Under the pieces are notes generated by a model. It was not told the DNA's origin and did no database searches. It saw only the letters and a list, made by a program, of their open reading frames with translations. A program made the position numbers and the translations under genes. Below are positions 1 to 64,000 of a DNA stretch of 64,000 bases, one piece after another (the stretch's first letter is position 1; each line of letters opens with the position of its first letter). The stretch comes from Eledone cirrhosa (lineage: Eukaryota), in the NCBI GenBank assembly GCA_964016885.1, contig OZ024755.1, positions 4,216,001 to 4,280,000 of the forward strand, given 5' to 3'.

Positions 1-2863
1 TCTCTACATTATCATTTATTGTCTAAGTTAAAACCAGACTTGTGTACAATAATTGTTTCTACTTTTGGCACAAGGCCAGCAATTATCCAGTGTATTACTG
101 GTACTTTATTTTATCGACCCTGTAAGGATGAAAGGCAAAGTTAACCTCAGTGGGATTTGAACTCAGACCATAAAGGGCCATGATACACACACACACACAC
201 GCGCGCACACGCACACACGCGTTTCACTTTGGAGGTGAATATTGCACTGTTGTTTTCGATGTTTTGAATGAATAAGGCCTTCAAAACTGTCAGGAATTGG
301 TAAAAAAAAAAAATCATATGTAATGGAGTTATGAAATTTTTTATATTTTGATAGAGTATAGATTTGTTTAACAAATATATTCTCCACTCATGAGAATTTC
401 AAACCTGCGCCATCTAAACATGTTGATTACCTCCCTCAGCTTATAAGTGGGGTTTGGATATTTGCCTATTTCTCAGATGTAAAATAGAGGGGTCAGCTTA
501 TATATGATTATATATACAGTAAGTAGCCTTATGTGAATTTTATATATTCACTAATTGCCTACTGAGGTAAGACCTTTAGTGGAAGTAATGTGTTTTCTAA
601 CAGTGCCAATTTTGTTTTTCTTTTTTTGGTCCCATATTCCCCGGCTTATATTTGAGTATATACAATAAATAATTATTGGTTTAAGTCCATAAAATTTGAC
701 TGTATAGCCAAATGTTGGTGGGGGTTAATTTATTTTTATTGTAATAACTATGTTTGTCTACCACATAGACCTTAACTCTTTAGCATTTAAACCGGCTGTA
801 TCCGGCCACAATTTCTGTTTAAACTGACCATAACTGGCCACTGATACTGATAAGGTATTGTTCTCAAAATAAATATTAAAATCTCGTAGATTCAATATTA
901 TGTAAGATATCATGCAAGATAAAGCCTCTACTGGGGAAATACAACAGTGTATATAGAGTATTGTAAATGTAAGAATTTTTTCACCTCTTTCTATTCAATC
1001 CGACCGTAATCGGCCTCTCATACCAATGTTAAAGTAATGTTCTCAAAATAAATAACATAAATCTCATAGCTTCAATATTATGCGAGATAGTCTTTACTGT
1101 GAAAATATGAGTGAATATAGAGTAATGGAAATGTTTAGTTTGTGTAAAAAAACAAAACAATTATTTTGGGGAAAAGCAAAACTTACACGTGATGCATAAT
1201 AATTTGTTTAACCTTTTAGCATTTAAACCGGCCATATCCGGCCAAAATTCTCTCAACACTTTCTGTTCAAACTGGCCATAACTGGCCCCTCATACTGATA
1301 TGGTATTGTTCTCAAAATAAATATCAAAATTTCATTGATTTGATATTATGTGAAATAATCATGCGTGAAAAAGCCTTTACTGTGAAAATACAATAGTAAA
1401 TATAGTGTAATGTAAATACTAAAGGGTTAATATCAATTTGCAATTTCAACCCTTGTAACAGTTTTAACACAACAACCAAAAATAATCAAAAATTACTTTT
1501 TTCTTGTGTTTCACTGTATTCAGTTTCATCATGTGATTGAGGCCATACCTAGATTAATGTAACTATGACCTCTCCTGACCTCTCAAACATCCAAATCTTT
1601 AAGCCCTTCATCAGCCTTCTCGCATTCCTCTCTCTTTATTGACCTGAAATTTCTTTAATCCTTCAGCCTCCCTCTATTCCATCCCTTGACTCTAGAGAAT
1701 AAAACCTCATCTAGATAAAGCAATTAGCAATAAAATTAGGATTTAAATTCTTAAATATTTGATACTAATCCATTAATCCCGTTGGGTCTCCCTCACTGTT
1801 ACTTAGTAAAACATTATTTATTGTTGATATAACCATAAATTGGTCAAACATAAAGAAAAAGAAAGCAGTATTGGAAAGCACTATAAATGCCATGAGACAA
1901 AAGGAGGAGGAAGAGCAAGGACTATTAAACAAAAGAAGAGGAAAGGGGGAAGCAGAGAGGGGGACAAACTTTACACTCTAGGTCGGAGAGGTGTTTCAGC
2001 TGCACCCCATGGAAAAAATAGTAAAGACAGTTCTGTGGACAATAGGGACCAACTCCCACTGCAACAGCCACCCCAAATCGCAGGGTCAGCCACTCAAAGG
2101 GCTCCTTACAAAGATGCCAGAGCTTTCAATGGTGACATAATTTTAATCCTTTAGCATTTAAACTGGCAATATCTGGCCAGAATTCTCTCACCTCTTTCTG
2201 TTGAAACTGGCTGTAACTAGCTGCTCATACTTATGTTAAGGTATTGTTCTCAAAAAAAATATCAAAATCTCGTAAATTTGATATTATGTGAGATAATTAT
2301 GTGTTTACCACAAAAATACAATAGTAAATAAAGATTTCTTTATTTGCCACAAGGGCGCACAAGAAAAGGGGACAATACAAAGACATATGACGGGGATTTT
2401 ACATACAGTTGTGTAAAAGTTTTAACATGAAAATATAACAATCGAAATCCTCAGTAGGGGGAGACATTACAAATGGGTTGTTTTATACCCCGTAGATAGA
2501 ACAACCCTCGACTCCAGGAGTATGTTGTGCAAGTGCTCCTTTCTTCTTTTCACTCTCTTCTTCAACCTACAGGTTTATATACAAAGAAGGCCCAATCACT
2601 CAGGCCATTCTTGACACAATCACCCACCTTTCAGTAAATTTACTGGGGTGCAGTACCTCTCTCTCCACTCTGGTTCTCCTTCTAAAGTGGTATCTAAAGA
2701 AGGAATGAGCTGTTAATGTTATGTGAGGTAAAGTGTTTACCACAAAAATACAATAGTAAATATAGACTAATGTAAAGGGTTAAGGTAAAGTATTGTGGTT
2801 GACTCCAAATCAAGATGATATAAAATATTGAATTTTTTCTATTCAAAATTCCTAAACGAACAG

Positions 2864-2933
2864 CATTACCACGGTGACCTGCAAGAGATTATTTACTCTG
2901 TAGTAAATGCCACCAACAACATGTTTTCAAAAG
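2864..2933 (+). CDS. Candidate upstream cadherin exon (HYHGDLQEIIYSVVNATNNMFSK)
   Basis: cag acceptor and gtttca donor; ends in phase 1, matching the exon at 5203; YSVVNATN resembles an EC F-strand. Splice signals are weak. Confidence 0.4.
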
Positions 2934-3065
2934 GTTTCAAGTTTGTTAAGTTTAACTTGGAAGCAGAGAGACAAACTGAAGTTCTTAGAAACTAGTACTT
3001 GTCTTAACAAAGGAATGTAGTATTTATAGAGAATGTATACGAAGGTAAACTATCTATTAGTTCAG

Positions 3066-3097
<32 letters not shown>

Positions 3098-3360
3098 GTA
3101 TAATTAAAATTTCATACTCTTAACATGTATGTGTGACCTTAGGTTGTGGCCACCACTGTATAGTGAAGAAGCAGTTTCAATGCTGGCCTCATCAGGTGCC
3201 ACGACAAACACACGCACACACATGTTATATCAGTTTATGTACAGAGTGGATAACCAAGACTGTGTGTATGTATGTATATATATATATTTATTTATTAAAA
3301 TAACAGATTAAAGTTTCAGCAAAGAATTGCGGCTTTCACCCTTAACGGGATCTTCTGAAA

Positions 3361-3399
<39 letters not shown>

Positions 3400-3404
<5 letters not shown>

Positions 3405-3620
3405 AAAGGTAAACAGAAATAACTTCACAATCGGTACAGTATATGGAAGGGATATATTAGGTTAACGCTTGATATAGCAGGAAGAGGGTCTTAACGTTTC
3501 GGATGCTAGTCCTTCATCAGAAGAAAGAATGAGAAATAAGATAGAGGGGACGGACGGGTTGGAATTGGAAAAAAATGTCTTTAAATAAAAATAACAGGTC
3601 TATTCATGTTGACATCTCTT
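3400..3620 (-). mobile_element. Dispersed Penelope-like terminal repeat fragment with hammerhead motif (second copy 33658-33865)
   Basis: Two highly similar copies flanked by TA/TG microsatellites; minus strand CTGATGA-stem-GAAACGTT. Confidence 0.65.
3489..3524 (-). ncRNA. Minimal type I hammerhead ribozyme-like motif
   Basis: UCUU CUGAUGA A GGA cuagca UCC GAAACGU U AAGA: intact core, 4-bp stem I, 3-bp stem II, palindromic ACGU stem III. Confidence 0.6.
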
Positions 3621-3808
3621 GGAAAACTGTTGGTGCTGGGGTTTTGTGTATGATTTATTTTTTAGAAAAGTGGACGATGGAGCGCGTCTACCTGAAATGG
3701 AAAAAAAAAACTTTTGTAAAAAGAGCTATATTTGTGCATAAGCATGTGTGTGTCTATATATATATATATGAAAGAAAAAATGGCATGCTGCGTTGTTGCG
3801 AGTGTGAT

Positions 3809-3978
3809 ACATATGAATAAAAAAAATAGAGCGAGCAACGGGACTGTCCATCATCGGTGATCTTCTGACTATCATCGGTATTTCTTCGCATTAAAGGTCT
3901 TTAATGCGAAGAAATACCGATGATAGTCAGAAGATCACTGATGATGGACAGTCCCGTTCCTTGCTCTATTTTTCATTC

Positions 3979-3984
<6 letters not shown>
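3809..3984. repeat. Near-perfect ~88-bp-arm palindrome
   Basis: Centred on ttaaag-gt-ctttaa at 3897-3898. Confidence 0.95.
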
Positions 3985-4013
<29 letters not shown>

Positions 4014-4134
4014 CTGTAGAGTGCTTCTAATCTGTTATAAACTAAATTTGTTGAATAATCAACAAATTAAATAACTCATTGCTTATATAATCTAATATGT
4101 AAGCATATAAACATGCCAGAAATACAAATTTCCC

Positions 4135-4612
4135 TGTATGTCTGCTCTTCCATGCTTGCATGGGTTGGACAGGTCTTTTCTAGTACAGCACCTCTCTGTA
4201 CTCATCACAATCCCTTGTTAACTATTCCGCGAACTTCAGCGATTTGTAATGGGTTGATCGGGCCTCTTCTAGTACAGCATCCCTCCACATATCTCATCAA
4301 CACTTCCATGAGCTTCAGTGATTTGTGATCATCTTTCACCACTCCTGTCCAGGTCTTCCTTGGACTTCCTCTACTGCAGCTTCCCTCCACTGGGTTCTTA
4401 GCACTTCTTCACCCAACAATTATCATACATGCCTTTACCAGTGCAGTCTTCTCTCTTACACACTACAGCTGATTCCTTTTATACCCAGTTTCTCTCTGTT
4501 CATCCATACTTCACTGTTCATGTACATTAACACTGTACATCCATCAAAGCATGCTTGCTTCATTTTTCACCAGCTTTCCCATATCCTTTGCATTCACTGC
4601 TCATGTCTTACT
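4135..4612 (-). mobile_element. RTE-clade LINE 3' end remnant (related tails at 8998-9160, 10905-11075, 11895-12035, 37360-37670, 44985-45090)
   Basis: EGSCSRGSPRKTW..VVKDD; shared tail gagaaggacccgtccaatccatgcaagcatggaaaagcggac. Confidence 0.75.
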
Positions 4613-4742
4613 ACCTGATACTGATCTTTGTTGCCCTGATTTTTTACCTGATACTGATCTTTGTTGCCCTGATTTTTTACCTGATACTGATCTTTGTTGC
4701 CCTGATTTTTTACCTGATAATGATCTTTGTTGCTCTGACTTC
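4612..4742. repeat. 33-bp minisatellite x4
   Basis: tacctgatactgatctttgttgccctgattttt. Confidence 0.95.
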
Positions 4743-4942
4743 CAGTCTTTCCATCTGTTTCTTCTGTAACAACTGTATCCACAGCACTGCTTCTCCACCA
4801 GGTTCCCCTGTGTCTAGCTGATGATTTACTCTTGCCTTTCCACCTCTGTCTCTTCTTTACCCCTTCCCCACTGTCTCCATCTTTGTATTGACCTCTGTTC
4901 AGCCCTTGTGGCTAATAATTTCATTATTATTATCGTCATTAA

Positions 4943-5168
4943 GAGCAGTGGATTGGCAGTATCGGTAGAGGGTTGGACGCCATGCTTAGCAGCATAGTTA
5001 CGGCCCTTTATAGTCCGAGTTCAAATGCTACCGAGGTTAGCTTTGCCTTTCGTCCTTTCGGGGTCGATAAAATAAAGTACCAGTAATGCACTGGGATAAT
5101 CGATTTAATCAACTTTCCCCTCCCCACCAAAATTGCTGGCCTTGTTATATAAGAAGCCATTATTATTA
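4943..5168 (+). mobile_element. tRNA-derived SINE family A (copies at 50-180 -, 6150-6225 -, 7348-7585, 9385-9572, 11090-11263, 14570-15772 -, 27975-28110 -, 41815-42030, 49485-49672 -, 53935-54113, 61605-61797, 63555-63725)
   Basis: A box (tggcagtatcggta), B box (gagttcaaatc), conserved body ctttgcctttcatccttacggggtcgataaaataaagtaccag, (ATT)n tail. Confidence 0.88.
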
Positions 5169-5202
5169 TTAATTTCTAATTACATTTTCTCTGTTAATTT
5201 AG

Positions 5203-57193
<51,991 letters not shown>

Positions 57194-57271
57194 AGGACAG
57201 AAAATTTCACTTGAAGTAAACAAAAAAGAAAAAATATCTGGATTTTAAAGTAAGGAGGTTGAAAAATAAAT

Positions 57272-57306
<35 letters not shown>

Positions 57307-57593
57307 CTAATAAACTCAAATTTGTTTGCTTCATAAATTGCAAACAGACAACGTTTATTTAGAGAAACTTATGGAGGAAAACAAAGAAGAAAAAAAAGAA
57401 GAAATGCACACAAGAAGGAACAAGAAGCAATTATATATAAACCAAATTACCATCTTAGAGAAACAAAAGACATTGTCATATTCAGTTTAAGAGATCAATA
57501 GTGAGAATCAAAATTCTCAATGTCCAAAATTTTCTGTGATTGACAATTTCCATAGAACTGTAGCCACTGCCAATTTCTAATATTCTTTTTTTG

Positions 57594-57628
<35 letters not shown>

Positions 57629-57853
57629 ACACAATTTTCTTTAAATTAGTTAAATTTCAATATTATAAAAGTGAATTCTTTTATTTATATCTATATATAA
57701 GTATAAATTTTTATTAAAATAACAGATTAAAGTTTAAGCAAAGAATCACTGAAACTTTAATCTGTTATTTTAATAAACAATTGCTCTAGGGTTCTTATAT
57801 ATTTGATATATATTTATCCTTATCGAGCCCTCTTTGGATTTTAGTCTTCACAT

Positions 57854-57903
<50 letters not shown>

Positions 57904-58284
57904 TCAATTTTAGGCCTGTGTATGTGTACAAGCACACACACACACACAGAAAATATGTATATATTAAGTATAAGCAAAACTAACAATTAAAAATTTAATT
58001 AAAAAATTTTTTTAAATGTTAGCTAAGAATTAAATGCAGCATATTTTTATTATTATTAAACAAGCAAATGTTGACATTCTCTACACTGATCTGCAGAATA
58101 ATTACAGATCTTCAGAAGATAATCTTGATTTTTTTTTTTAAAGAATTTTGTCCAGTTTGTGATTGTATATACAACCTAAGTTTAAGTAGATTTAACTTGT
58201 TTTAGACTTTTCTAGAATATTCCAACTAGACTTTCTTGTGCCATCATAGGTCTGTTCAATCAGAAATAGGCCACAATTCACCTC

Positions 58285-58560
58285 AGACACAACTGTACCA
58301 CAGTTCAGCTCAGTTACAACAGTGTCACACACAATTCAGCTCAGTCACGACTGTCGCAGTTCAGCTTAGTCACAGCTGTGTCACAGTTCGCCTCAGTCAG
58401 TTCAGCTCAGTCACAACTGTCACAGTTTGACCAGTCAAAACTGTCACACACAATTCAGCCCAGTTACAACTGTCACAACACAATTCGGCCCCAGTTACAA
58501 CTGTGCCACACACAACTCAGCCCAGTCACAACTGTGCCACACACAATTCGGCTCAGTCAG
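58285..58560. repeat. Degenerate ~30-bp tandem repeat downstream of the stop codon
   Basis: cacacaattcagctcagtcacaactgt variants. Confidence 0.8.
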
Positions 58561-58634
58561 TTGGGACATGTTAGCTTTATATCTGTTATTTCCCTTTATT
58601 TCTGCCACATAAATGATGCAGTACAAATGCTTTT

Positions 58635-58691
<57 letters not shown>

Positions 58692-59388
58692 AGACACAGA
58701 CACAGACACAGACACACACACACACCATTGAGTGATGAAGAGTAGAAATATGTTGAAATATTTTATGCTGAGAAAAAAGGGTTAAAAAACCTTGGGATAC
58801 ACAATTGTAATTAGAACCCTGAAGTTTCATGATTAGATCAGAAGACTATTTGTTTTTTTTTTTTTTACTTAGTCTGTCTGGTTTTATTTTGGTCCATGTT
58901 TAAACCTTATAAATTTTCATTACCTTTTATTTTTCATCTGGTATATTTTATATATATATATATATGGGGTTGTAACATAAAACCTGCCGTTTTTTTATTA
59001 AGAAGTTTTATAACAGCGGGAATTTATGTTACTACCCAATATATATCTTTCCCACCGTCAATAACAGATGAATTCTGTATTAGTAACATTAGAAATAACC
59101 CTTTAGCATTTACATTACTCTAATTTACTATTATATTTCCATGGTAAAGGCTTTACCTCACATAATTATCTCACAAAATATTAAATTTATCAAATTTTGA
59201 TATTATTTATTTTGAGAACAATACCTTAATGTCAGTATGAGTGGCCATTTACAGCTGGTTTGAACAGAAAGAGGTGAGAATTATGGCTGGTAACAGCCAG
59301 TTGAAATGCTGAAGGGTTAATGACTTTGATAACAAAAATTAAATAACATCTTACTTTTCAATTAAACGTTTCTTAATATTTTTACTTT

Positions 59389-59427
<39 letters not shown>

Positions 59428-60577
59428 GTCAAGAAAGAAACTAAAAATAGAGGTTTCTTAATTTTTTTAAAATTCTGTAAAGATTTATTTTAAAACTTTG
59501 AATAATTCAGTCAACAAACTGACTGATAAAATGCGATTTCTGGCTAGTTTATTGCCGTTAACTATATTTTTCTTCTAATTAAGATTAAGTTATTTTATTT
59601 TATTTTTTACTTTTTTTAACTTTATTTGCTTTTTCTCTTTTCAAACTGGCTGATTCCCATCTCCCCACTCTCCTCCTTAATTTCTTATCTTAACGAATAA
59701 TTGAGAAAGTTAAGAAATTAAGGTTTTTTTGTTTTGTTGTTTTTCAATACACATTTCTTAGTTTTCTATACTTCATAAAAGACCAAAATAATTGTACCAC
59801 AAAAGCCACAGTTTTTTAGGTTCTAAAACAAAATGTGCAACACTCTATCTACTGCACAAACTTATTCTCCTCTACACCAATTAATTAGTAACAACAACAA
59901 AAAAACAGCAACTAAAACTGAATCTATTAATTTCAAACTAAAATCCTATTGCCTTTCAGCCAAGCTCCTGGACAAGCAAGATGGTTAGATAACATCCATG
60001 AGCTTGGCTGGTCTCGCTTGGGAATCCAGCCGGATCAGTTGGAGACAGTTGCTTCTGACAGGACCCACTGGAAGGAGTGTTTGAGGACTCTGCCCCCACA
60101 ACCCTCTCAGGAATAAGTGGGCGAAGAAGCAGCAGCAGCCTTTGGGATCGTGGTTTATATAACTCTTGTGAAAAAAAAAAAAAAATCTGACCAATATTCA
60201 GCCTTATATTTTATTTCTACCACTGCTATTTGATCATTATGATCTGAAGAAAGGAAAAAAATAATGGTTGTGATCTCATATTTTGTATGATACTTTTAAC
60301 CCCATCCCCACCTCTTTTTTTGTTTTATTTTATTTTTATTTTATTTTAATCTTTTCCCACATTTATTGTAAAACATTTCTAATGCATCTCTCTTTCAATA
60401 TACATACTAATTTGTTTCTATACATAAAACAATACAAAGTATTTTCTATGGGTGAAAGGACAAACAAAAAGAAAAACAATAATAATAAATAAACCTATAA
60501 AAATATTTTTTACCACTGCTGCTCTAAAATCTTGCATATACATACACACACATATATATATATACATACACATATAT

Positions 60578-60610
<33 letters not shown>

Positions 60611-60612
60611 CA

Positions 60613-60796
60613 CAATGATATTAAATAAATGGAAACTATATTTATAAAACCATATTTATTCTATTATATATATTTCAAGGGTACCAAAAATTTTGGTATG
60701 CTATCATCAGATAATTTTTTTGGTACCCTTGAAATATATATATAATAGAATAAATATGGTTTTATAAATATAGTTTCTATTTATATAATATCATTG
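60613..60796. repeat. Inverted repeat with ~78-bp arms (related, SINE-interrupted copy at 6056-6331)
   Basis: caatgatattaaataaatggaaac..caagggtaccaaaaa / tttttggtacccttg..aatatcattg. Confidence 0.9.
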
Positions 60797-63114
60797 AATA
60801 TTTACGCCAGAAATCTATCGAGTGCTCTGAATCAGTTATAAACATCTATATTTGTTGGATTTTCAACAAATTAAATATCTCTTCTATATATATATATATA
60901 CACACACACGCACACATAAAAAGGATCGATCGACTTTTGTCAAATCGGACCTCGGAAACAGTGTTTTCGTCGATCTTTCCAGTTGCTAGTACTAATTATC
61001 GGTCGCAACTCTAGGTAGGAGGAGCAACGTGAAATAGTGTCTTGCTCAAGGACATAATGCATTGCCTGGTCCAGGAATCAAACTCACAACCTCAAGATTG
61101 TGAATCCAATTCTCTAACCACTCAGCCACATACATATATACATATACACACACATATATATATATACATAGATATCTACACACACACACATATATATATA
61201 TACACACACATATACATATACATATACACATATACACACATACATATATACATGCACACACACACATACATATATACATATACACACACCTGTACAATAA
61301 TTGCTGCTGTTAAAACCATTTACTGAAATCTTAACATGTTATATTTATTCTAAAAAAGAAAAAAAAAAATTGATGAGATTGAGTCCAATAAGTTGTATCA
61401 GTAAATTAATTAAATTAATTAAAAACTTAACGAGGTTGAGTCCAATAAGTTGTAACAGTAGATTAATTAAATAATTGATTTGTTTTTGATATTGATACTT
61501 ATTTATATGGTTTGGATGGAAGTATTGCTAGTTAGTTAAACTGTGTCTTAGTTGATTAGTTGTAGTTAATATTATTATTATTTAATTAAATAATAATTAA
61601 ACTAGGGCAGTGGATTGGCATTAATCGGTAGCGCATCAGACATGCTTTACGGCATAGTTATGGCCCTTTACGTTCTGAGTTCAAATCCCGCTGAGGTTAG
61701 CTTTGCCTTTTATCCTTACGGGGTCGATAAAATAAAGTACCAGTAATGCACTGGAGTTGATTTAATCGACCTTGTGCCTAAAGTAGAAACTATTATTATT
61801 TAATTAAATCTATATAGCTGCAAGTAATGTCTTTCAAATAACTTGCTCTGTATATGTGAGAATTGTAGAAACAAAAGTTAGTGTCTTACAGCTTTTTAGT
61901 TTTGTAACAGTCTTTCACTCTCTGAAAATAATAAAAAAAATAAAAACCATTTGCGCTTGTGATGAATTTATTAATGTAAGCAAATCTTGTAAATGTTTAT
62001 ATTTATAACCTGTCTGTGGTATAAATGATTCTGCAATTCTCAGAAAAGTATAAGTATGAAAGCCAGGTTATGGCTTTTTGCTCAGTGGGGAAATGTTTTC
62101 ATTAAGCTCTGAGTATTCTGACACCATGGAAGACATATTAAGACATAGAATTTAATCCTCACCTTCAAATAAAATAATAAACTATACTTTTTCCACTACA
62201 AAACAATTTTTTTTAAATTAGTCTCATTAAATCAAAAATGTCAAATTTGAAAACTAGATTGTTTTGTTTTTTTTTGTGGGGGGGGCAAGTTTAATTTATG
62301 GCAGGCTTTTCCAGAAGAGTAGTGTATTACAGCCTATTTTAACTCATTCCTATAAATTCCCTTCCAGATCATTCTTTGGAAATGGCTTCAGTGAAGTCTT
62401 AATGTCAGTTTTTGTTCAGTGAACATTTCACAGAATTACCCACAATGATCTAATATAAGAAGGTGGTAATAATAATAATAATAATAATAATGATGATAAC
62501 ATTTTTTTTCTCAAAAATAGATATTTTAAATATATAAACTTGGAAATATTTTGAATTCTTAAATCTAAGACTACTGGATGCTGAATCTAGATGTAAATGT
62601 AAAACCTCTTGCAGAAATAAGGTAATAAATGAAATGATTGAACACATTCTATCATTAAAGCACATGAGGCTTTGTATTTTTATAAACTGTTTGTTCAAAA
62701 ATGTTTTGAATGGTGTATAAATGGAAATAGACATGTTTGTGTGAATGTGTTTTTGTATATATATATATATATTATATAAGAGAATATTGGGTCTTTGGGT
62801 AATGTAACTAATATATTAAAACTGTTTCTATTTATCAGTTATGTATGATTTATTTCGTTATCCCTTCTTCCTCCCCCCACAACCCCCACATCTCTTCTAC
62901 AACAATCTCACTATCATCTCTGATCCCTAATCATGTTTTTACAGACCTTGTTACCATATGGATACTTCCAATATTCTCTAGTATTGAACTGTATAAATTC
63001 TATCTATGATGTAGCCCTATTCTGATTTCTGAAATAAATAAAAAATAAAAATGTTTTTATAATATTCATTTGTCCTTTTTATTTCAACTTTGCTCAATGT
63101 CATAAGCTTTGTAA

Positions 63115-63555
63115 GTTCAGAGTTGCTGAAGCATGGAACAAACTACCTGCATCAGTTGTTAGCTGTCGAGACACTGCATCCTTTAAAACCTCCACGGAAC
63201 AAACTACCTGCATCAGTTGTTAGCTGTCGAGACACTGCATCCTTTAAAACCTCCACGGAACAAACTACCTGCATCAGTTGTTAGCTGTCGAGACACTGCA
63301 TCCTTTAAAACCTCCACGGAACAAACTACCTGCATCAGTTGTTAGCTGTTGAGACACTGCATCCTTTAAAGCCTCCATGCTTCCTGAAATTTGCCGACAC
63401 TACACCTAATATTCCCCCCTCCATACACACACACACATGTATATCATGACTCATACACTGTTCACTTCCCTGACATTTGTACATTATTCTATGTACTATA
63501 CATGTACCTTTGATGAGTTATATGCACCTGATCACTACACAGTAATTTCATTATT
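63115..63555 (+). mobile_element. CR1-type LINE 3' fragment with internal 61-bp x4 tandem repeat
   Basis: RVAEAWNKLPASVVSCRDTASFK; units start at 63135, 63196, 63257 and 63318. Confidence 0.85.
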
Positions 63556-63839
63556 GTCGGATGCCATGCTTTGCAGCAAAGAGTTACGGCCCTTGCCATT
63601 CTGAGTTCAAATCCTGCCGAGGTTAACTTTGCCTTTCATCCTTACGGGGTCAATAAAATAAAGTACCAGTAATACACTGGGAAAATTTCTGGCCTTGTGC
63701 CGAATGGAGAAACAATTATTATTATTATAGATCAGTGACTCTTTTGTCAATCTTTTCAGGTTTTAATCAGCTACAAAATCTTTAGGTTTTCCACAAAATT
63801 CATGAAGAAAACTTAGACATCATTATCACTGATTAATGT

Positions 63840-63874
<35 letters not shown>

Positions 63875-64000
63875 CCATGTTAGCATGGGTTAGACGAGTT
63901 GTCCCGCTGTGAGACGCATCGGATCAGATGACCATGTATTGGTCATACAAAACAGTTTCTGGCACGGATTCTACAACTGGATGCCCTCCCTCATGCCAAT

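Noticed and set aside
1524-1558. Possible micro-exon FHHVIEAIPRL
   Set aside because: No cadherin motif, and its phase does not fit the next candidate exons
1840-2154. 104-aa Lys/Gly-rich ORF
   Set aside because: Low complexity, non-ATG start, no recognisable domain, ends in a MITE

Overview
AT-rich animal genomic DNA; the repeat families suggest an octopod cephalopod (inference). The window holds one large + strand gene, a non-chordate type III classical cadherin (DN-cadherin/neural-cadherin-like). I traced 34 GT-AG coding exons from 5203 to the stop at 57193. All phases are compatible and they total 7541 nt (about 2512 codons). They encode 15 cadherin repeats, the NC domain, EGF-LamG-EGF-LamG-EGF, a transmembrane helix and a p120/beta-catenin-binding tail. 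The N-terminus lies upstream, apart from one candidate exon at 2864-2933. The introns are packed with tRNA-derived SINEs, a TTAA-targeting piggyBac-like MITE (about 19 copies), CR1, RTE and Penelope remnants, a small Helitron-like element and about a dozen minisatellites. The long repeat ORFs in the track are artefacts. Most notable: loss of Ca2+-binding motifs at an N-terminal linker and of the G-S cleavage motif (NSPWY); degenerate echoes of two splice acceptors; hammerhead ribozyme-like motifs in Penelope-like DNA; and several satellites visibly arising inside transposons whose unexpanded copies are in the same window.
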